Shown: piece by piece, positions 22,112-32,301 of the stretch
How the letters are laid out: every line of letters begins with the position of its first letter
Numbering within the stretch: position 1 is the stretch's first letter
Origin: an uncultured delta proteobacterium
GTDB taxonomy: Bacteria; Desulfobacterota; Binatia; Binatales; Binataceae
Length of the DNA: 64,000 bases
NCBI GenBank assembly: GCA_963842085.1
Contig: CAWJET010000002.1
Span: 64,001-128,000 of the forward strand
Direction: 5' to 3'
Made by a program: the position numbers and the translations under genes
The notes under the pieces: model-generated
What the model was told of the DNA's origin: nothing
What the model saw: the letters and a program-made list of their open reading frames with translations, nothing else
Databases searched by the model: none

Positions 22112-23253
22112 TATATGTCCATCTCGCGAATCATCTGTTCGGCCAGGCCGAACGACAGCGTCATCCCGGAGCCGCCGACTGCCGTCACGATGCGCACGCC
22201 GGGCGCGGCGTCCATCGCGACCCAGGACTTGTCGGGATGCTTTGCGTAGACGCCGTACCATCGCTGCGCGATCGAAAGGTCCGGCGCGATCAGGAATTCG
22301 CGCACGTTTTTCATCACGAGTTCGTCGATTTCGGTTTTGTTGAACACATCGACCGCGAGGCCGTACTCGTGCGAATCGCCAAGCGTCAGCGCGCCGTCGG
22401 CAGTCTGCGAGACCAGCGTGTGAATGGCGAAGCGATCGTAGTCGGCCAGTTCGCGTGCGACGCGCTCCTTGTATTTCGGTAACGTCGCCGTGCAGATTTC
22501 AAACGCGGGATAAAAGCGCAGCGTGAGGCCAGCGGCGAGCGACGGGCCAAGTTGCCAGCCGGCTTTCTGCGGAGCGGTGCGCATCATCTGCAGCTTGCAT
22601 CGATCGATCGCGCTGGCGGCGAACAATTCCGGGTAGAGCGTTTCGAAATCGTCGCCGCCGCAGACAACCGCGTGCGCGGCCTGCCAGACTTCCGTGCCGG
22701 CTTCGATACGCGGCAACTGGATCGATCGCACTGCGGTCCCGAAGCGGAACTGCACGCCGAATTTCTCAGTCAGAAAGGCCGGCAGCTTCGCAAGGATCTG
22801 CCGCGGATCGACGGTGAGCTCGGTCGGACTCCAGATACCGCCTAGAAGTCCATCGGGATTAACGGCCTGGCTCTTCTTCGCTACGTCGGCGGGCGAAAGC
22901 CACGTGCACGTATAGCCGACGCCCGGCGCGCGCTCGGCGAACTCGCGCGCCACGTCCGCTTCGTCCTGATGATAAGCAACGTGCAGCGAGCCGGTCGGAC
23001 GATACGGCAATCCGGCGGCCTCGAGAATCTCATTCCAGATCTGGCGGCTGCGCAGCGCCATCTGATGAACCGCGCCAGCGCGTTGCCCGATCGGCCAGAT
23101 CATGCCGAAGTTACGCACCGACGCGCCCTGCGCTCTGGGAGTGCGCTCGAACACGACGACCGAGCGCCCGCGTTTCGCGGCAAAGTACGCATGGGCGAGC
23201 CCGAGGATGCCGGCGCCGACGATTGCCACGTCCGCTTTTCGATTTGCGCTCAT
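22111..23253 (-). CDS. FAD-dependent oxidoreductase, phosphonate-associated (TIGR03364-like)
   Basis: IVGAGILGLAHA, GASVRNFG, CKLQMMRT and LGDSHEY motifs; TAATG coupling to phnX. Confidence 0.85.
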   Translation of the reverse strand: MSANRKADVAIVGAGILGLAHAYFAAKRGRSVVVFERTPRAQGASVRNFGMIWPIGQRAGAVHQMALRSRQIWNEILEAAGLPYRPTGSLHVAYHQDEADVAREFAERAPGVGYTCTWLSPADVAKKSQAVNPDGLLGGIWSPTELTVDPRQILAKLPAFLTEKFGVQFRFGTAVRSIQLPRIEAGTEVWQAAHAVVCGGDDFETLYPELFAASAIDRCKLQMMRTAPQKAGWQLGPSLAAGLTLRFYPAFEICTATLPKYKERVARELADYDRFAIHTLVSQTADGALTLGDSHEYGLAVDVFNKTEIDELVMKNVREFLIAPDLSIAQRWYGVYAKHPDKSWVAMDAAPGVRIVTAVGGSGMTLSFGLAEQMIREMDI

Positions 23254-23356
23254 CGCGTGCTTTGCCGGAGTCTCCACAGCAATAGCACTTGACGCAACCG
23301 TGATCAGCGTCCCGGCGTTGAACGCCGGTTCGAGTTGACGCTATGTACATGACAGT

Positions 23357-24052
23357 ATGCGGGGATTTAGCATCAAGCGCCGTGGACGCGCGCTCGCGGG
23401 CATCCTGATCGCGGCGCTGATTGCGGCCTTGGCGACCGCGCCGAACGCGCGGAGCACGGACCTGACGACGCCTTCATTTCTGGTCGCCACCCGCGACCTG
23501 CAGGATCCATTATTTCAGCACTCCGTGGTCCTGATGGTGCCGTCAACGGAGCCGCCGCTGCTGGCCGGCCTCATAATCAACAATCCCGCCAGAGAGCGGG
23601 TGCGAGATATGTTCCCGCAAGCGCGCCAGTTGAACGGCGCGGATGAATCGATCTACACGGGCGGTCCGGTGGAACCGGACGAGGCGTCGGTGATCTTTCG
23701 GGCGTCGTCGGCAATCGGATCGGCGGTCAGGGTTTTCGATGATACTTACGTTGCGACCGGCCACGACGCGATAGCCGCGGTCCTGAAAGACCCGCGAGTC
23801 GCCGACCGGCGCGTCATCCTGGGCAAGGCTCAGTGGTTGCACGATCAGCTCTACAGCGAAGTCATGGCGGGCGCGTGGTACGTGGTCCCGGCGAAGACCG
23901 ACCTGGTTTTCAGCGATCCCAGGGATTTGTGGTCGATCCTGGTGAAGGGCGGCGATATGGAGGAGGCCGAAGCCGCCCCGGCCTCCGCGCTGAATTTGCC
24001 TTACAGGCGCTTGGATGCTACAAACTGGCAGCGTCGAATCTTACCCAATTGA
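23357..24052 (+). CDS. YqgE/AlgH (DUF179) family protein with N-terminal hydrophobic segment
   Basis: FLVAT..LQDPLFQHSVVL, GLIIN, GGPV, QL..E...GAW. Confidence 0.75.
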   Translation: MRGFSIKRRGRALAGILIAALIAALATAPNARSTDLTTPSFLVATRDLQDPLFQHSVVLMVPSTEPPLLAGLIINNPARERVRDMFPQARQLNGADESIYTGGPVEPDEASVIFRASSAIGSAVRVFDDTYVATGHDAIAAVLKDPRVADRRVILGKAQWLHDQLYSEVMAGAWYVVPAKTDLVFSDPRDLWSILVKGGDMEEAEAAPASALNLPYRRLDATNWQRRILPN

Positions 24053-24106
24053 TACGGAACGCGGTTGATCCCACGCCGCGCAGGACTTCTCAAGGGGACA
24101 CCGACA

Positions 24107-24535
24107 ATGGCACGGACCAAGGAACGCAGTTTCGGTCAAGTACTTCGCGATCGCCGCCGGCAGCTCGACCTGACCCAGGAAGAGGTCGCGCGACGCATCA
24201 AGACCTCCACTCCTTACATCGGGCACCTCGAATCGGCCAAACGCCACCCGTCGGACAAGATCGTCACCCGGCTTGCCGAAGTGCTCGGGCTCGATCGGCG
24301 CGAACTGTTCTTCCTGGCCAATCCGCGCGCTCAGGCTATCCTCAGCCCCGAGCCGGAGGGCGACGCCAAGTCGGCGTGGGAAGATTTTCGCAAGGACGAG
24401 CAACTCAGGCGCATTCACAACATCTCGGGCGACGAGATGGAAATGCTCGCACGCGTGGCGCTGCTGGGTGACGTGAAATCGCCGCGCGACTTCATCTATA
24501 TTCTCAATACGGTCCGCCACGCGGTCGGCCGATAG
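24107..24535 (+). CDS. XRE-family HTH regulator
   Basis: FGQVLRDRRRQLDLTQEEVA...YIGHLESAKRHPS. Confidence 0.88.
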   Translation: MARTKERSFGQVLRDRRRQLDLTQEEVARRIKTSTPYIGHLESAKRHPSDKIVTRLAEVLGLDRRELFFLANPRAQAILSPEPEGDAKSAWEDFRKDEQLRRIHNISGDEMEMLARVALLGDVKSPRDFIYILNTVRHAVGR

Positions 24536-24540
24536 CAGGT

Positions 24541-25710
24541 TCAGATCGTCTTTCGAAAGGCGTCGGCTGGCGTCACCCGCAACGCGCCCATCACGGGAAT
24601 TACCGCGCTCAGGATACTGATCGCGATCGCTGCAAGCAGCGCCTCGAGCGCCGCGCCGTAGGTTACCGTCAGATAGCCGGCACTCTCCAGCACCGAGCGC
24701 AGCGTGGTGCCGCTGCCGAACTGCCACAATGCCAGCGCGCATCCAAACGCGCCGCCGACGGCGCCGATCAGAGCGCACTCGCCGAGCAGCAGGCGCGCAA
24801 CGTACGGCGGGTTGAATCCGAGCGCGCGCAAGACCGCCACGTCGCGCAATCGTTCGCGCACCGTCATCGACATCGAGTTGGCCGCGATGAGAAAAATCGT
24901 CAGCGCGATCACCGCGGAGACGGCCGAGACGATGCCGCGGATGTCGCCGACCGTGGACATCAGCCCCGAGACCGCCTCGCTTTCGGTCATCGACGCGGTC
25001 TCGAAATCCGAGTTGTGAAAGGTGCGGTCGATTTCATGAATGACCGCGGGAACGTGAGCCGCCGAATCGACCCGGGTCACCAGGAATCCCGCGGGATGCT
25101 TTTGTTCGGGGATGCCGATCGCCTTTTCCGCTTCGACCAGGTAATCGCGCCGAAACATGAAAAAATTTGGATAGTTGTCGGCCGGGATCTCGCCGACCAT
25201 CTTGAACTTGATGTCGAGCCGGTTCGAATCGCCGCGCAGCATGACCACGTCGCCGACTTTCCAGCCATGCTTGCGCATCAGGAGGCGTCCCGCGACCGCG
25301 GCGTCGCGGTTGCTCGTAAACTGCTCGAGCACCTCCGGCGGAAGATTGTAGTCGAGATACATCAGCGCGACTTTGTCCGCGTCCAGCGCGAACGCCTGCA
25401 CGGTTTCCGACGCGTTCTGGTAAGTCGCGCGCAGCACGACCATCGGCATGCAGGCGACCACGCCGGGTATCTTTTCGATCGTCCTGCAATCGCGCGCCGG
25501 CACGCCAAGGTAGCGCCCGTCGGCGTTGTAGGAATACACGCGCAGAGTCTCCGCGGTCTTCTTCAGAATCATGTCGATCGAACCGGGTATCGCGGCGAGC
25601 ACCGTGAAGATGAACGTTGCGACCGCGAACGTCAGCATCGTCAGGATCGCGCGCCGCGGCTGGCGGATGACGTAGCGGAAGACCAGATGGAGCGTTCGCA
25701 CGCGCCTCAC
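24541..25710 (-). CDS. ABC transporter permease (FtsX/MacB-like)
   Basis: TM segments plus ANSMSMTVRERLRDVAVLRALGF. Confidence 0.88.
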   Translation of the reverse strand: MRRVRTLHLVFRYVIRQPRRAILTMLTFAVATFIFTVLAAIPGSIDMILKKTAETLRVYSYNADGRYLGVPARDCRTIEKIPGVVACMPMVVLRATYQNASETVQAFALDADKVALMYLDYNLPPEVLEQFTSNRDAAVAGRLLMRKHGWKVGDVVMLRGDSNRLDIKFKMVGEIPADNYPNFFMFRRDYLVEAEKAIGIPEQKHPAGFLVTRVDSAAHVPAVIHEIDRTFHNSDFETASMTESEAVSGLMSTVGDIRGIVSAVSAVIALTIFLIAANSMSMTVRERLRDVAVLRALGFNPPYVARLLLGECALIGAVGGAFGCALALWQFGSGTTLRSVLESAGYLTVTYGAALEALLAAIAISILSAVIPVMGALRVTPADAFRKTI

Positions 25711-26876
25711 GCCTCGCGCAGCGACTCAATGATCGGCAGACGAGACGCGCGCCAGGCCGGCATCAGGCCGCCGGCAATGCCAATCAGCAGCGCGGCGGCG
25801 ATTCCGCCCAGGAGCGCGCCCACGGTGAAGGACGACGAAAAGACCACGGCGCCGACGCTCATCAGCCGGTGATTCAGCCCGGCCGCCACGCCCAGGAATA
25901 TCGCCAGCAGATCGCCGATCACGCCGCCGGCCGCCGCCAGAATCACGCTTTCAACCATAAAGCTCGTCAGCACCGAGCCCCGGCTGAAGCCCAGCGTGCG
26001 CAACACTCCCACTTCCCGCGTGCGGCGGGCGACCGCGGCGTACATCGTATTCATGCCACCGAAGGCCGCGCCCGTTCCCACGATCAGCCCGACCAGCAGC
26101 ACCAGCTGGCGCAGCCGGTCGGCGACCTTGGCCTGCTCCGCAAAGAAATCCCGCTCGCTAACCGCGTCAACCGTCAATCGCGCATCTTCGGTGAGCGCGT
26201 TGCGAAAGGTGTCCTCGGTGCCGGGCTTCAGCACGACGTGAAACGACGAATACCCATTCTCGAACCGCGCATCCTGCTGCAGGACGTCGATGTCGGTCCA
26301 GAATTCGGACTCGAGCGCGCTGCCTCGATCGGCAAAAATCCCGACGATCGTCCAGGTGCGGCGGCCGTATCTGAAGCTCGTGCCCACGCCCAGCTCGGGG
26401 AATCGCGCTGCCTGCTTCACCCCGATCACCATCTCATCGCGACCCTGCGCCGGCCATCGCCCCGCCACCAGCTTGAGTCCTCGGCGCATCCGATACGCCA
26501 CCGGCGAGACCCCGCGCAGCGACGCCGGCCGAAACTGGTTGGCCGGCCGGTCCAACGCGGCATTGAACGGTACCACCATCTCGGGAGAAAAGAGCGCCGC
26601 GCCCGACGAGTTGGTGGCGATCTCGGGCCGGGTCCGCAGGATGTCCGCCTGCTCGCGCGGAATGTAGCTCTCGCCCTCGGAACTCGTACCGCGGCTGAGA
26701 ATGATCCAGTGTCCCGGCTCGCCCGCCAGTTCCAGGCTTTGCCGCAAGCCGCTCACGAAGCTGAGCAGGATCACCACCACCATCACGACCAGCGCTATGC
26801 CAAGCGCGGTCATCAGCGAGGTAGTCCGCCGGACCATCAGGCTTCTAAGGTTGTAGGTTATCGGAATAACAGCCAT
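25707..26876 (-). CDS. ABC transporter permease (FtsX/MacB-like)
   Basis: YNLRSLMVR and NTMYAAVARRTREVGVLRTLGF. Confidence 0.9.
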   Translation of the reverse strand: MAVIPITYNLRSLMVRRTTSLMTALGIALVVMVVVILLSFVSGLRQSLELAGEPGHWIILSRGTSSEGESYIPREQADILRTRPEIATNSSGAALFSPEMVVPFNAALDRPANQFRPASLRGVSPVAYRMRRGLKLVAGRWPAQGRDEMVIGVKQAARFPELGVGTSFRYGRRTWTIVGIFADRGSALESEFWTDIDVLQQDARFENGYSSFHVVLKPGTEDTFRNALTEDARLTVDAVSERDFFAEQAKVADRLRQLVLLVGLIVGTGAAFGGMNTMYAAVARRTREVGVLRTLGFSRGSVLTSFMVESVILAAAGGVIGDLLAIFLGVAAGLNHRLMSVGAVVFSSSFTVGALLGGIAAALLIGIAGGLMPAWRASRLPIIESLREA

Positions 26877-27040
26877 TCACAGACCGGGTAAAATCCGCCG
26901 CCGGACGGAGTCCTCCCCTGTCCTGGCCGTCGCTGCCGGTTCTCGCGCCTGGCGCAACTCTACAAGTCCGCGCCCGTGATGTGCAAACAGGCAGACATGC
27001 GTGTGACTACAGAAAGTTGTGCTGCGGCCGTATCAGCCCG

Positions 27041-28135
27041 TCAACCGGTGGCCTCCGCGACGTGCGGGATACGCCCGAGCTTCGCGCCGTCCTCTGCGCC
27101 AATCTTGCCGCGACGCGCCGGCGTGCGGCCGACCGCTTCCTCCAGCACGCCCCGGTAGCTACTCGTGATGTGAGCGCCTTCGCGAAACTCCGGCTTCGAC
27201 ATCAGGATCGCGTGGAGCTCGGGCAGGCGATAGAAGGGCACGCTCGGAAAAAAGTGATGCTCGATATGGTAGTTGACGTTTTTCGGCGCCAGAAAAATCC
27301 GCTCCAGCCAGCTCGCGTGCGTGGTCCGCGTCAGCGGGTACGCACTGTCCCCCGGCTCGATCGCGTGATGCTCGGCGATGCTGCGGATGCGCATGATCAA
27401 TACCAGCCACGTGAACATCGGCACCAGCCAGTACAGCGCGAAACCCTCGAGCGCGCCGGCGTACGCGATCGCGCCCAGGGCCGCCGCGTAAAATCCATAG
27501 CGCGCGACGAGGAACCCCGTCGGCACCGTGTCCGCCGACGCCACCGACGCCGCCAGCTTCAGCAGCGCCAGCGCGTTCAACCCGGTCACGTCGCGCAACA
27601 GCAGTTTCGCCATCCCCGGCGTCGCCTGCGGAAATACCCACGCCGCGTCGCCTGCCCGCCGCCGCAAGTCCGGATCGTCCGGCGTGTTCAGGTACCGGTG
27701 ATGCGCAAAATGGTTCTTGCGGTACTGCCGCGCCGCAACCAGATGCGGCCACGCCAGGACTACTTCCGACATCCAGTCGTTCAACCGGCGATTGCGCAGC
27801 AGCCGGTAATGCACGCCGTCGTGCATCAGGACCAGCAGCGCATGCTGGCGCGCGCCGATGAATGCGACCGCGAAGACGTACAGCATCGGATGCCAGAACC
27901 GCTGGCACAGCCAGATGGTCGCCACGATCAGTCCCCACTCGGCGCCGACGTGAAGGCAGCCGAGCCACGAATTGACGGTGGAAAGCTCCCGCAGTTCCTT
28001 CCTGGTTAGTTTGACCGGAATGTTCGTGCCGATGTCGCCGAAGCGGCCCGCCTCGGGCGACGACGCTGTTGCAGATCCGTGATTCATTTCTCCCCTCGTT
28101 CGAGCGCTCGAACCCTCGCTTGAAATCGGCGTCAT
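27041..28135 (-). CDS. Fatty acid desaturase family protein
   Basis: His boxes HDGVH, HFAHH and HIEHH; ATGA overlap with the upstream gene. Confidence 0.88.
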   Translation of the reverse strand: MTPISSEGSSARTRGEMNHGSATASSPEAGRFGDIGTNIPVKLTRKELRELSTVNSWLGCLHVGAEWGLIVATIWLCQRFWHPMLYVFAVAFIGARQHALLVLMHDGVHYRLLRNRRLNDWMSEVVLAWPHLVAARQYRKNHFAHHRYLNTPDDPDLRRRAGDAAWVFPQATPGMAKLLLRDVTGLNALALLKLAASVASADTVPTGFLVARYGFYAAALGAIAYAGALEGFALYWLVPMFTWLVLIMRIRSIAEHHAIEPGDSAYPLTRTTHASWLERIFLAPKNVNYHIEHHFFPSVPFYRLPELHAILMSKPEFREGAHITSSYRGVLEEAVGRTPARRGKIGAEDGAKLGRIPHVAEATG

Positions 28136-28845
28136 TGCATTTGCGCCGCGCTGTCTTCCTGCATCGGCCGCGAGCCCGCCATCATCGGTGCGTCCCCGTC
28201 GGCGAACGCCGGACGGCCACCCGCGGATTTTCCCTTCAGGAAATTTCGGAAGCGCAGGACCTGGTTGTCGTCGCGGGCCTCGGTGATCAATTGCGCAAAC
28301 ACCCGGGTCAGCTTCCCGAGCGATTCGCCCGCCAGGATCATCGGTTGCGCCCAAATCGCTTCGCCCTTCAGCGTTTCCAGGTACGGATACTCGACCGCTT
28401 CGCCCGCCTCGACGAAGCCCGCCGCGCGGTAAAATGGAGTGCCGTCAAACGGCTTGACCCCCAGGTACGCCAGGATCGCGCGCGCCCCCAGCCGCCCCGC
28501 CAGGATCGCCGCTCCCGCCCGCGCCAGCGCGCCCGCCCCGATCGCGCACGACCACAGTTCGCTGACCTCCAGCACCGTTCGCGGCGGCAGATGCGACAGA
28601 TCCGGCTTGGGGCAGGTCTGCGGAAACATTTCGAGGTCGTGCATCACCAGGCCGGCGATCATTCGCTCGGCCGGGTCGTCGTCGTTTTCAAACAGCGCGT
28701 AGAGATTGCCGAAGGTCAGGTGAATTCTGGCCAGTCGCGAGCGCGGGCGTTCCTTGAAGCCGACTCCATGCTTGGCACGAATCTGTTCCGTGCGCGCGGC
28801 GAAAATCCTTCGTTCGCTTTCGGTTGACAGTAAACGCAGTTCCAT
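28132..28845 (-). CDS. Hypothetical protein, possible GNAT / acyl-amide synthase (LuxI/FeeM-like) fold
   Basis: VLEVSELWS and PFYRAAGF resemble acyltransferase motifs; GGAG RBS. Confidence 0.5.
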   Translation of the reverse strand: MELRLLSTESERRIFAARTEQIRAKHGVGFKERPRSRLARIHLTFGNLYALFENDDDPAERMIAGLVMHDLEMFPQTCPKPDLSHLPPRTVLEVSELWSCAIGAGALARAGAAILAGRLGARAILAYLGVKPFDGTPFYRAAGFVEAGEAVEYPYLETLKGEAIWAQPMILAGESLGKLTRVFAQLITEARDDNQVLRFRNFLKGKSAGGRPAFADGDAPMMAGSRPMQEDSAAQMQ

Positions 28846-29196
28846 GAATGCTCCTTCCCTCAGTTGAAATTCGTCGCGATTTCTCATGTCGGATTTGGAG
28901 ATGCGGCTCCTGAGCTTGCCTGCCGCATCGCGGGGGTGAACGCTGCACTCTGAATTGCCGAAGAGGCCGACAAGTCTTCGTGCGGGCCGCGCTGCCGGTT
29001 TGAAAAGCGGTCGTCAAAATCTAAACACTCAGCTTAGAAATACGTCATTTTGTTATATACTGGCGGTTAATACACAGTCCCGACTCCGGAACGCAACGTG
29101 ATTTGCACCAAAAAGAGCTGAAATAGCGCGGTTGTTGCCTATCTAGCATTAAATCCGTACTTTTGGTTATAATTTGGCTCTAAGGACGGCCTCTAA

Positions 29197-29994
29197 ATGG
29201 GCGTGAAGAAAAAAATCTCTCGCATGGTCGGGCTCACAGCCGACATCGTTAGAAGTACTCAAACTGCTTCAAGCGTAAACGTGAGTGCACCTACCGCCGG
29301 TTCTGACGAAATTTCGCGTCTCTGGAACTATGAATACGGACCTGCTCTGCGCGCCTGCCTTAGCCACGCTGAAGTGCTCGAGATTATCGGCGAAGCCAAA
29401 CGCAAGGCGTGGCCGCGGCTGAACCAGGATGCGGCTCGGCTCGGCTCCCTGCGTCAATTCGCCGAACGCGCGTCCCAGCTGGGTGCGGACTTTCGAATCG
29501 CCAGCATGCCGTGGCCGACGGGCCTCGCCGTGATGGGCTTCTACCTCGGCAAGGATTCCGGTTTGGAGAAACGTCCGCTCATCTGCGTCAACGGAGCCCA
29601 TCACCCGGCCGCTGTCGCCACTGCGTTCCTGCACGAACTTGGGCATCACGTCACTGCCGATCTCTTCTCCATGCGCAACGACATGGTTCAGCTTTCGCGG
29701 CAGACCGGCTATGAGGGGCACCTCAAAGCTCCGCGCGAACTCGCTGCCGATGTGCTCGTGAGCCTCGGCCTCTATCCGCAAGGCTTGGCCGTTAAATTGT
29801 TCGATATGGGAGCGGCTCGGAGGACCGCGGCTGGACTCGCGGAGTCGCCGGCCGCCGAGGCGGTGCTCGGCACGGCTCGCCGTTACGGCCTCGACTTCGA
29901 CAGCCAGCCGCTGCAGAAGAGGCTCCAGTATCAGGCTGGCCTCATCCATTTTACGAGACTGCGCCAAACCCTCCTCGAGGAGTACGGCTTGTAG
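29197..29994 (+). CDS. ImmA/IrrE-like metallopeptidase
   Basis: FLHELGHH (HExxH) plus downstream ELAAD. Confidence 0.7.
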   Translation: MGVKKKISRMVGLTADIVRSTQTASSVNVSAPTAGSDEISRLWNYEYGPALRACLSHAEVLEIIGEAKRKAWPRLNQDAARLGSLRQFAERASQLGADFRIASMPWPTGLAVMGFYLGKDSGLEKRPLICVNGAHHPAAVATAFLHELGHHVTADLFSMRNDMVQLSRQTGYEGHLKAPRELAADVLVSLGLYPQGLAVKLFDMGAARRTAAGLAESPAAEAVLGTARRYGLDFDSQPLQKRLQYQAGLIHFTRLRQTLLEEYGL

Positions 29995-30425
29995 CGCGAT
30001 CCTCCCACGGCCTCGCGTAAGACGGTCTTCTCTTTTTTCCGGAGCGCAGCTGACCGTCCCGGCCCCCCCAACGCTCGCCGGCCCGCAGCATCGCAGAATT
30101 GCGCACCTGCGGGAAGAGTTGCGATGTTCTGCTTTACGCAGATTTGACGAAAATCGCGTAAAGATTTTTCTCTCTGACTCCGCGAACTCGTCAATCCCAG
30201 CGCGACGCGCAGCTCCGATGGCCGCGCTCGCGCGTTCGCCGGTTGGCTCGACGCGACCGCTCTGGAACAGCGGAGCGCAGCACCGCTCTCTGACTGGCCG
30301 CAAAAAGTACGCGACCGTGATTGCGACGGCCTGCGCCGCACCTCACCCGTCGCTCACTTTCAGCGCGCGGCCGACCCCTCCTCGGACAAGGAGAAGTAGC
30401 AGCAGGCATCTTTTTTTTTAACACT

Positions 30426-30495
30426 GGGTGCAGCGGCTGGCCCCTGCCCAGGGAAGTGTCAAACCCTCGGCGGGTTTCACATACGATTAAGTTCC
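30426..30495 (-). repeat. Repeat family B copy (GTGAAACC/GGTTTCAC-type plus GGCAGGGG..CTGCACCC double hairpin)
   Basis: Reverse complement matches the copies at 42937, 44577, 46948 and 55623. Confidence 0.8.
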
Positions 30496-30837
30496 TTAGC
30501 TTTCCGAACCGCTGAGTCCCAGCGCGGCGCGCAGCTTGCCCTTGAGCAACTGGATCAGCTCGACCTCCCAGCAGACGTAGTTGTCGGGAACGTCCAGCAC
30601 CACGACTTTTCCCGCGTGCGCTTCGCCGAAGCGGTCACGGATATGCCGCCGATGCGCCTCTTCCATCACGCAAATCACGTCCGCTTCCTCGACCAGTTCC
30701 AGGCTGACCCGGTTCTTCGCCCACGGCTCTGTACCTGCCGACGTAACCCACATCGGCGCGCACATTTCCGCCAGCACCATCGCGGCCGTCGGACTGCGAT
30801 CCATGTTGCCGGTGCAAACCATCAGCACCTTCTTCAT
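30496..30837 (-). CDS. Low-molecular-weight protein-tyrosine phosphatase-like protein
   Basis: VCTGNMDRSPTA (CX5R), SAGT and LDVPD motifs. Confidence 0.85.
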   Translation of the reverse strand: MKKVLMVCTGNMDRSPTAAMVLAEMCAPMWVTSAGTEPWAKNRVSLELVEEADVICVMEEAHRRHIRDRFGEAHAGKVVVLDVPDNYVCWEVELIQLLKGKLRAALGLSGSES

Positions 30838-30847
30838 GATCGAAAGG

Positions 30848-32170
30848 CTACGCCAGCCCCAGTTCTTTCAGCGGCCCGCGATCGGATACCGGACGGCGCG
30901 CGGTTCCCGACGTCAGCTTGATCGACCCGGGCGTACGCTTGAGCGCGTCGACCAGGTCGATCGACTTCGCATGTTCTTTCAGCGCCGGAATTACCTCCTG
31001 CGCGATCAGCCGCATGCTGGTCTGCCGATCCTGGTTCGGCACCGGCCCCTGCACGCTGAAGATCACCAGCGACCCCGGCCGCAGCACGGTCAGGATAGCC
31101 TTCAACTTCGGGATCACCGACTTGGGAGTGCCGATCACCAGTTGTATCGCCTTCTGCGCTTTCTGATAGCCGGGAATCAGCTTCGCTCTGATAGCCGCCG
31201 GATCGATTTCGACGTCCTCGGTGTGCCCGCGCATTTTGTCGCCGCTGATTCCGAGCCAGCTCCCTTGCGGCTGATGCGCGAGTTTTCGAATCGCCTCCTT
31301 CGAGTTGTAGCCGGGCGGCAGCGTATGCTCGACGCGCGCGAATGAGTTCTGGCCGCCGCCGAACAGAAAATTCTTGCCCAGCTCCTGCGCCTTGTCTTCG
31401 GTCTCGGCCACGAAGGTCGGCAGCACGTAGCCGAAATTTTCCGAACCCGCTTCGTATCCGTGCCTGGCCGCTTCGTCCGCGTAGTAATCCCACAAATCGC
31501 AGGTCGGCCCGAGCGAGGTTCCCAAACCAAAATATGGATAGGCCTTTTCCGCGCACCATCGCACCGTCTCCGGGCTGAGCGTTCCCGGAATCCACATGGG
31601 CGGATGCGGTTTCTGATAGGGCAGGGCCCACGGATTCACGTGGCGGTAGTGAAAATGCTTGCCCTCGTAGCGCCACGGCCCCGGCCTGGTCCACGCCTGC
31701 ACGATAAAATCATGCGCCTCCTCGAACAGCTCGCGGTTGTACGCGGGATTGGCGTTGTTGAAGAACTGCTCGCTGCCCGCGCCTCGCACCCATCCTGAGA
31801 TCAGTCGCCCGCGCGAGATCAAATCGATCTCGGCCAGCTCCTCGGCCATGCGCAGCGGATGCTTGATCACCGGCAGCGGGTTGCCGATCAGCAGTATCCG
31901 CGCTTTCTTGCTGAGCCGCGCCAGGATGGCAGCCTCGACGTTCATCACGCTCCCCATGCAGAACGGATTACCGTGATGCTCATTCAACGCGATGATGTCG
32001 AATCCCAGTTCTTCGGCGTACAGGTTCTCATCGATGTAGTAGTTATAGTCTTCGGCCGCCCGCTCGCGATCGAAGTAGCTATTCGAGACCGCGAAATGTC
32101 CGCCGTTGCGCAGTATCACTTCCTCGGGAATCCAGCGCACGGGACGTTCGGTGAAATATCCAACTTTCAT
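30848..32170 (-). CDS. LLM-class flavin-dependent monooxygenase
   Basis: AEELGFD..ALNEHH, PLRMAEE.A.ID.ISRGRL and PYQKPHPPMWI motifs. Confidence 0.9.
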   Translation of the reverse strand: MKVGYFTERPVRWIPEEVILRNGGHFAVSNSYFDRERAAEDYNYYIDENLYAEELGFDIIALNEHHGNPFCMGSVMNVEAAILARLSKKARILLIGNPLPVIKHPLRMAEELAEIDLISRGRLISGWVRGAGSEQFFNNANPAYNRELFEEAHDFIVQAWTRPGPWRYEGKHFHYRHVNPWALPYQKPHPPMWIPGTLSPETVRWCAEKAYPYFGLGTSLGPTCDLWDYYADEAARHGYEAGSENFGYVLPTFVAETEDKAQELGKNFLFGGGQNSFARVEHTLPPGYNSKEAIRKLAHQPQGSWLGISGDKMRGHTEDVEIDPAAIRAKLIPGYQKAQKAIQLVIGTPKSVIPKLKAILTVLRPGSLVIFSVQGPVPNQDRQTSMRLIAQEVIPALKEHAKSIDLVDALKRTPGSIKLTSGTARRPVSDRGPLKELGLA

Positions 32171-32182
32171 GATGACTCCTAT

Positions 32183-32260
32183 CCCCTCTCCCGGTAAGGG
32201 AGAGGATGAAGGTGAGGGTCCTTATGCAGCGCGCTCCTTTGCGCGCGATTCGAGATTCTG
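32183..32260 (-). repeat. Repeat family A (CCCTCACCTTCATCCTCTCCC..GGGAGAGG REP-like) copy
   Basis: Closely matches 40731-40816. Confidence 0.8.
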
Positions 32261-32301
32261 GTTCTGCCTGAATCTGTCCCGCCGAGGTTGTTGCAAAGCT
32301 C

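Noticed and set aside
30000-30420. ORFs in the spacer after the ImmA-like gene
   Set aside because: No recognisable motifs or ribosome-binding sites; the region contains repeat fragments.
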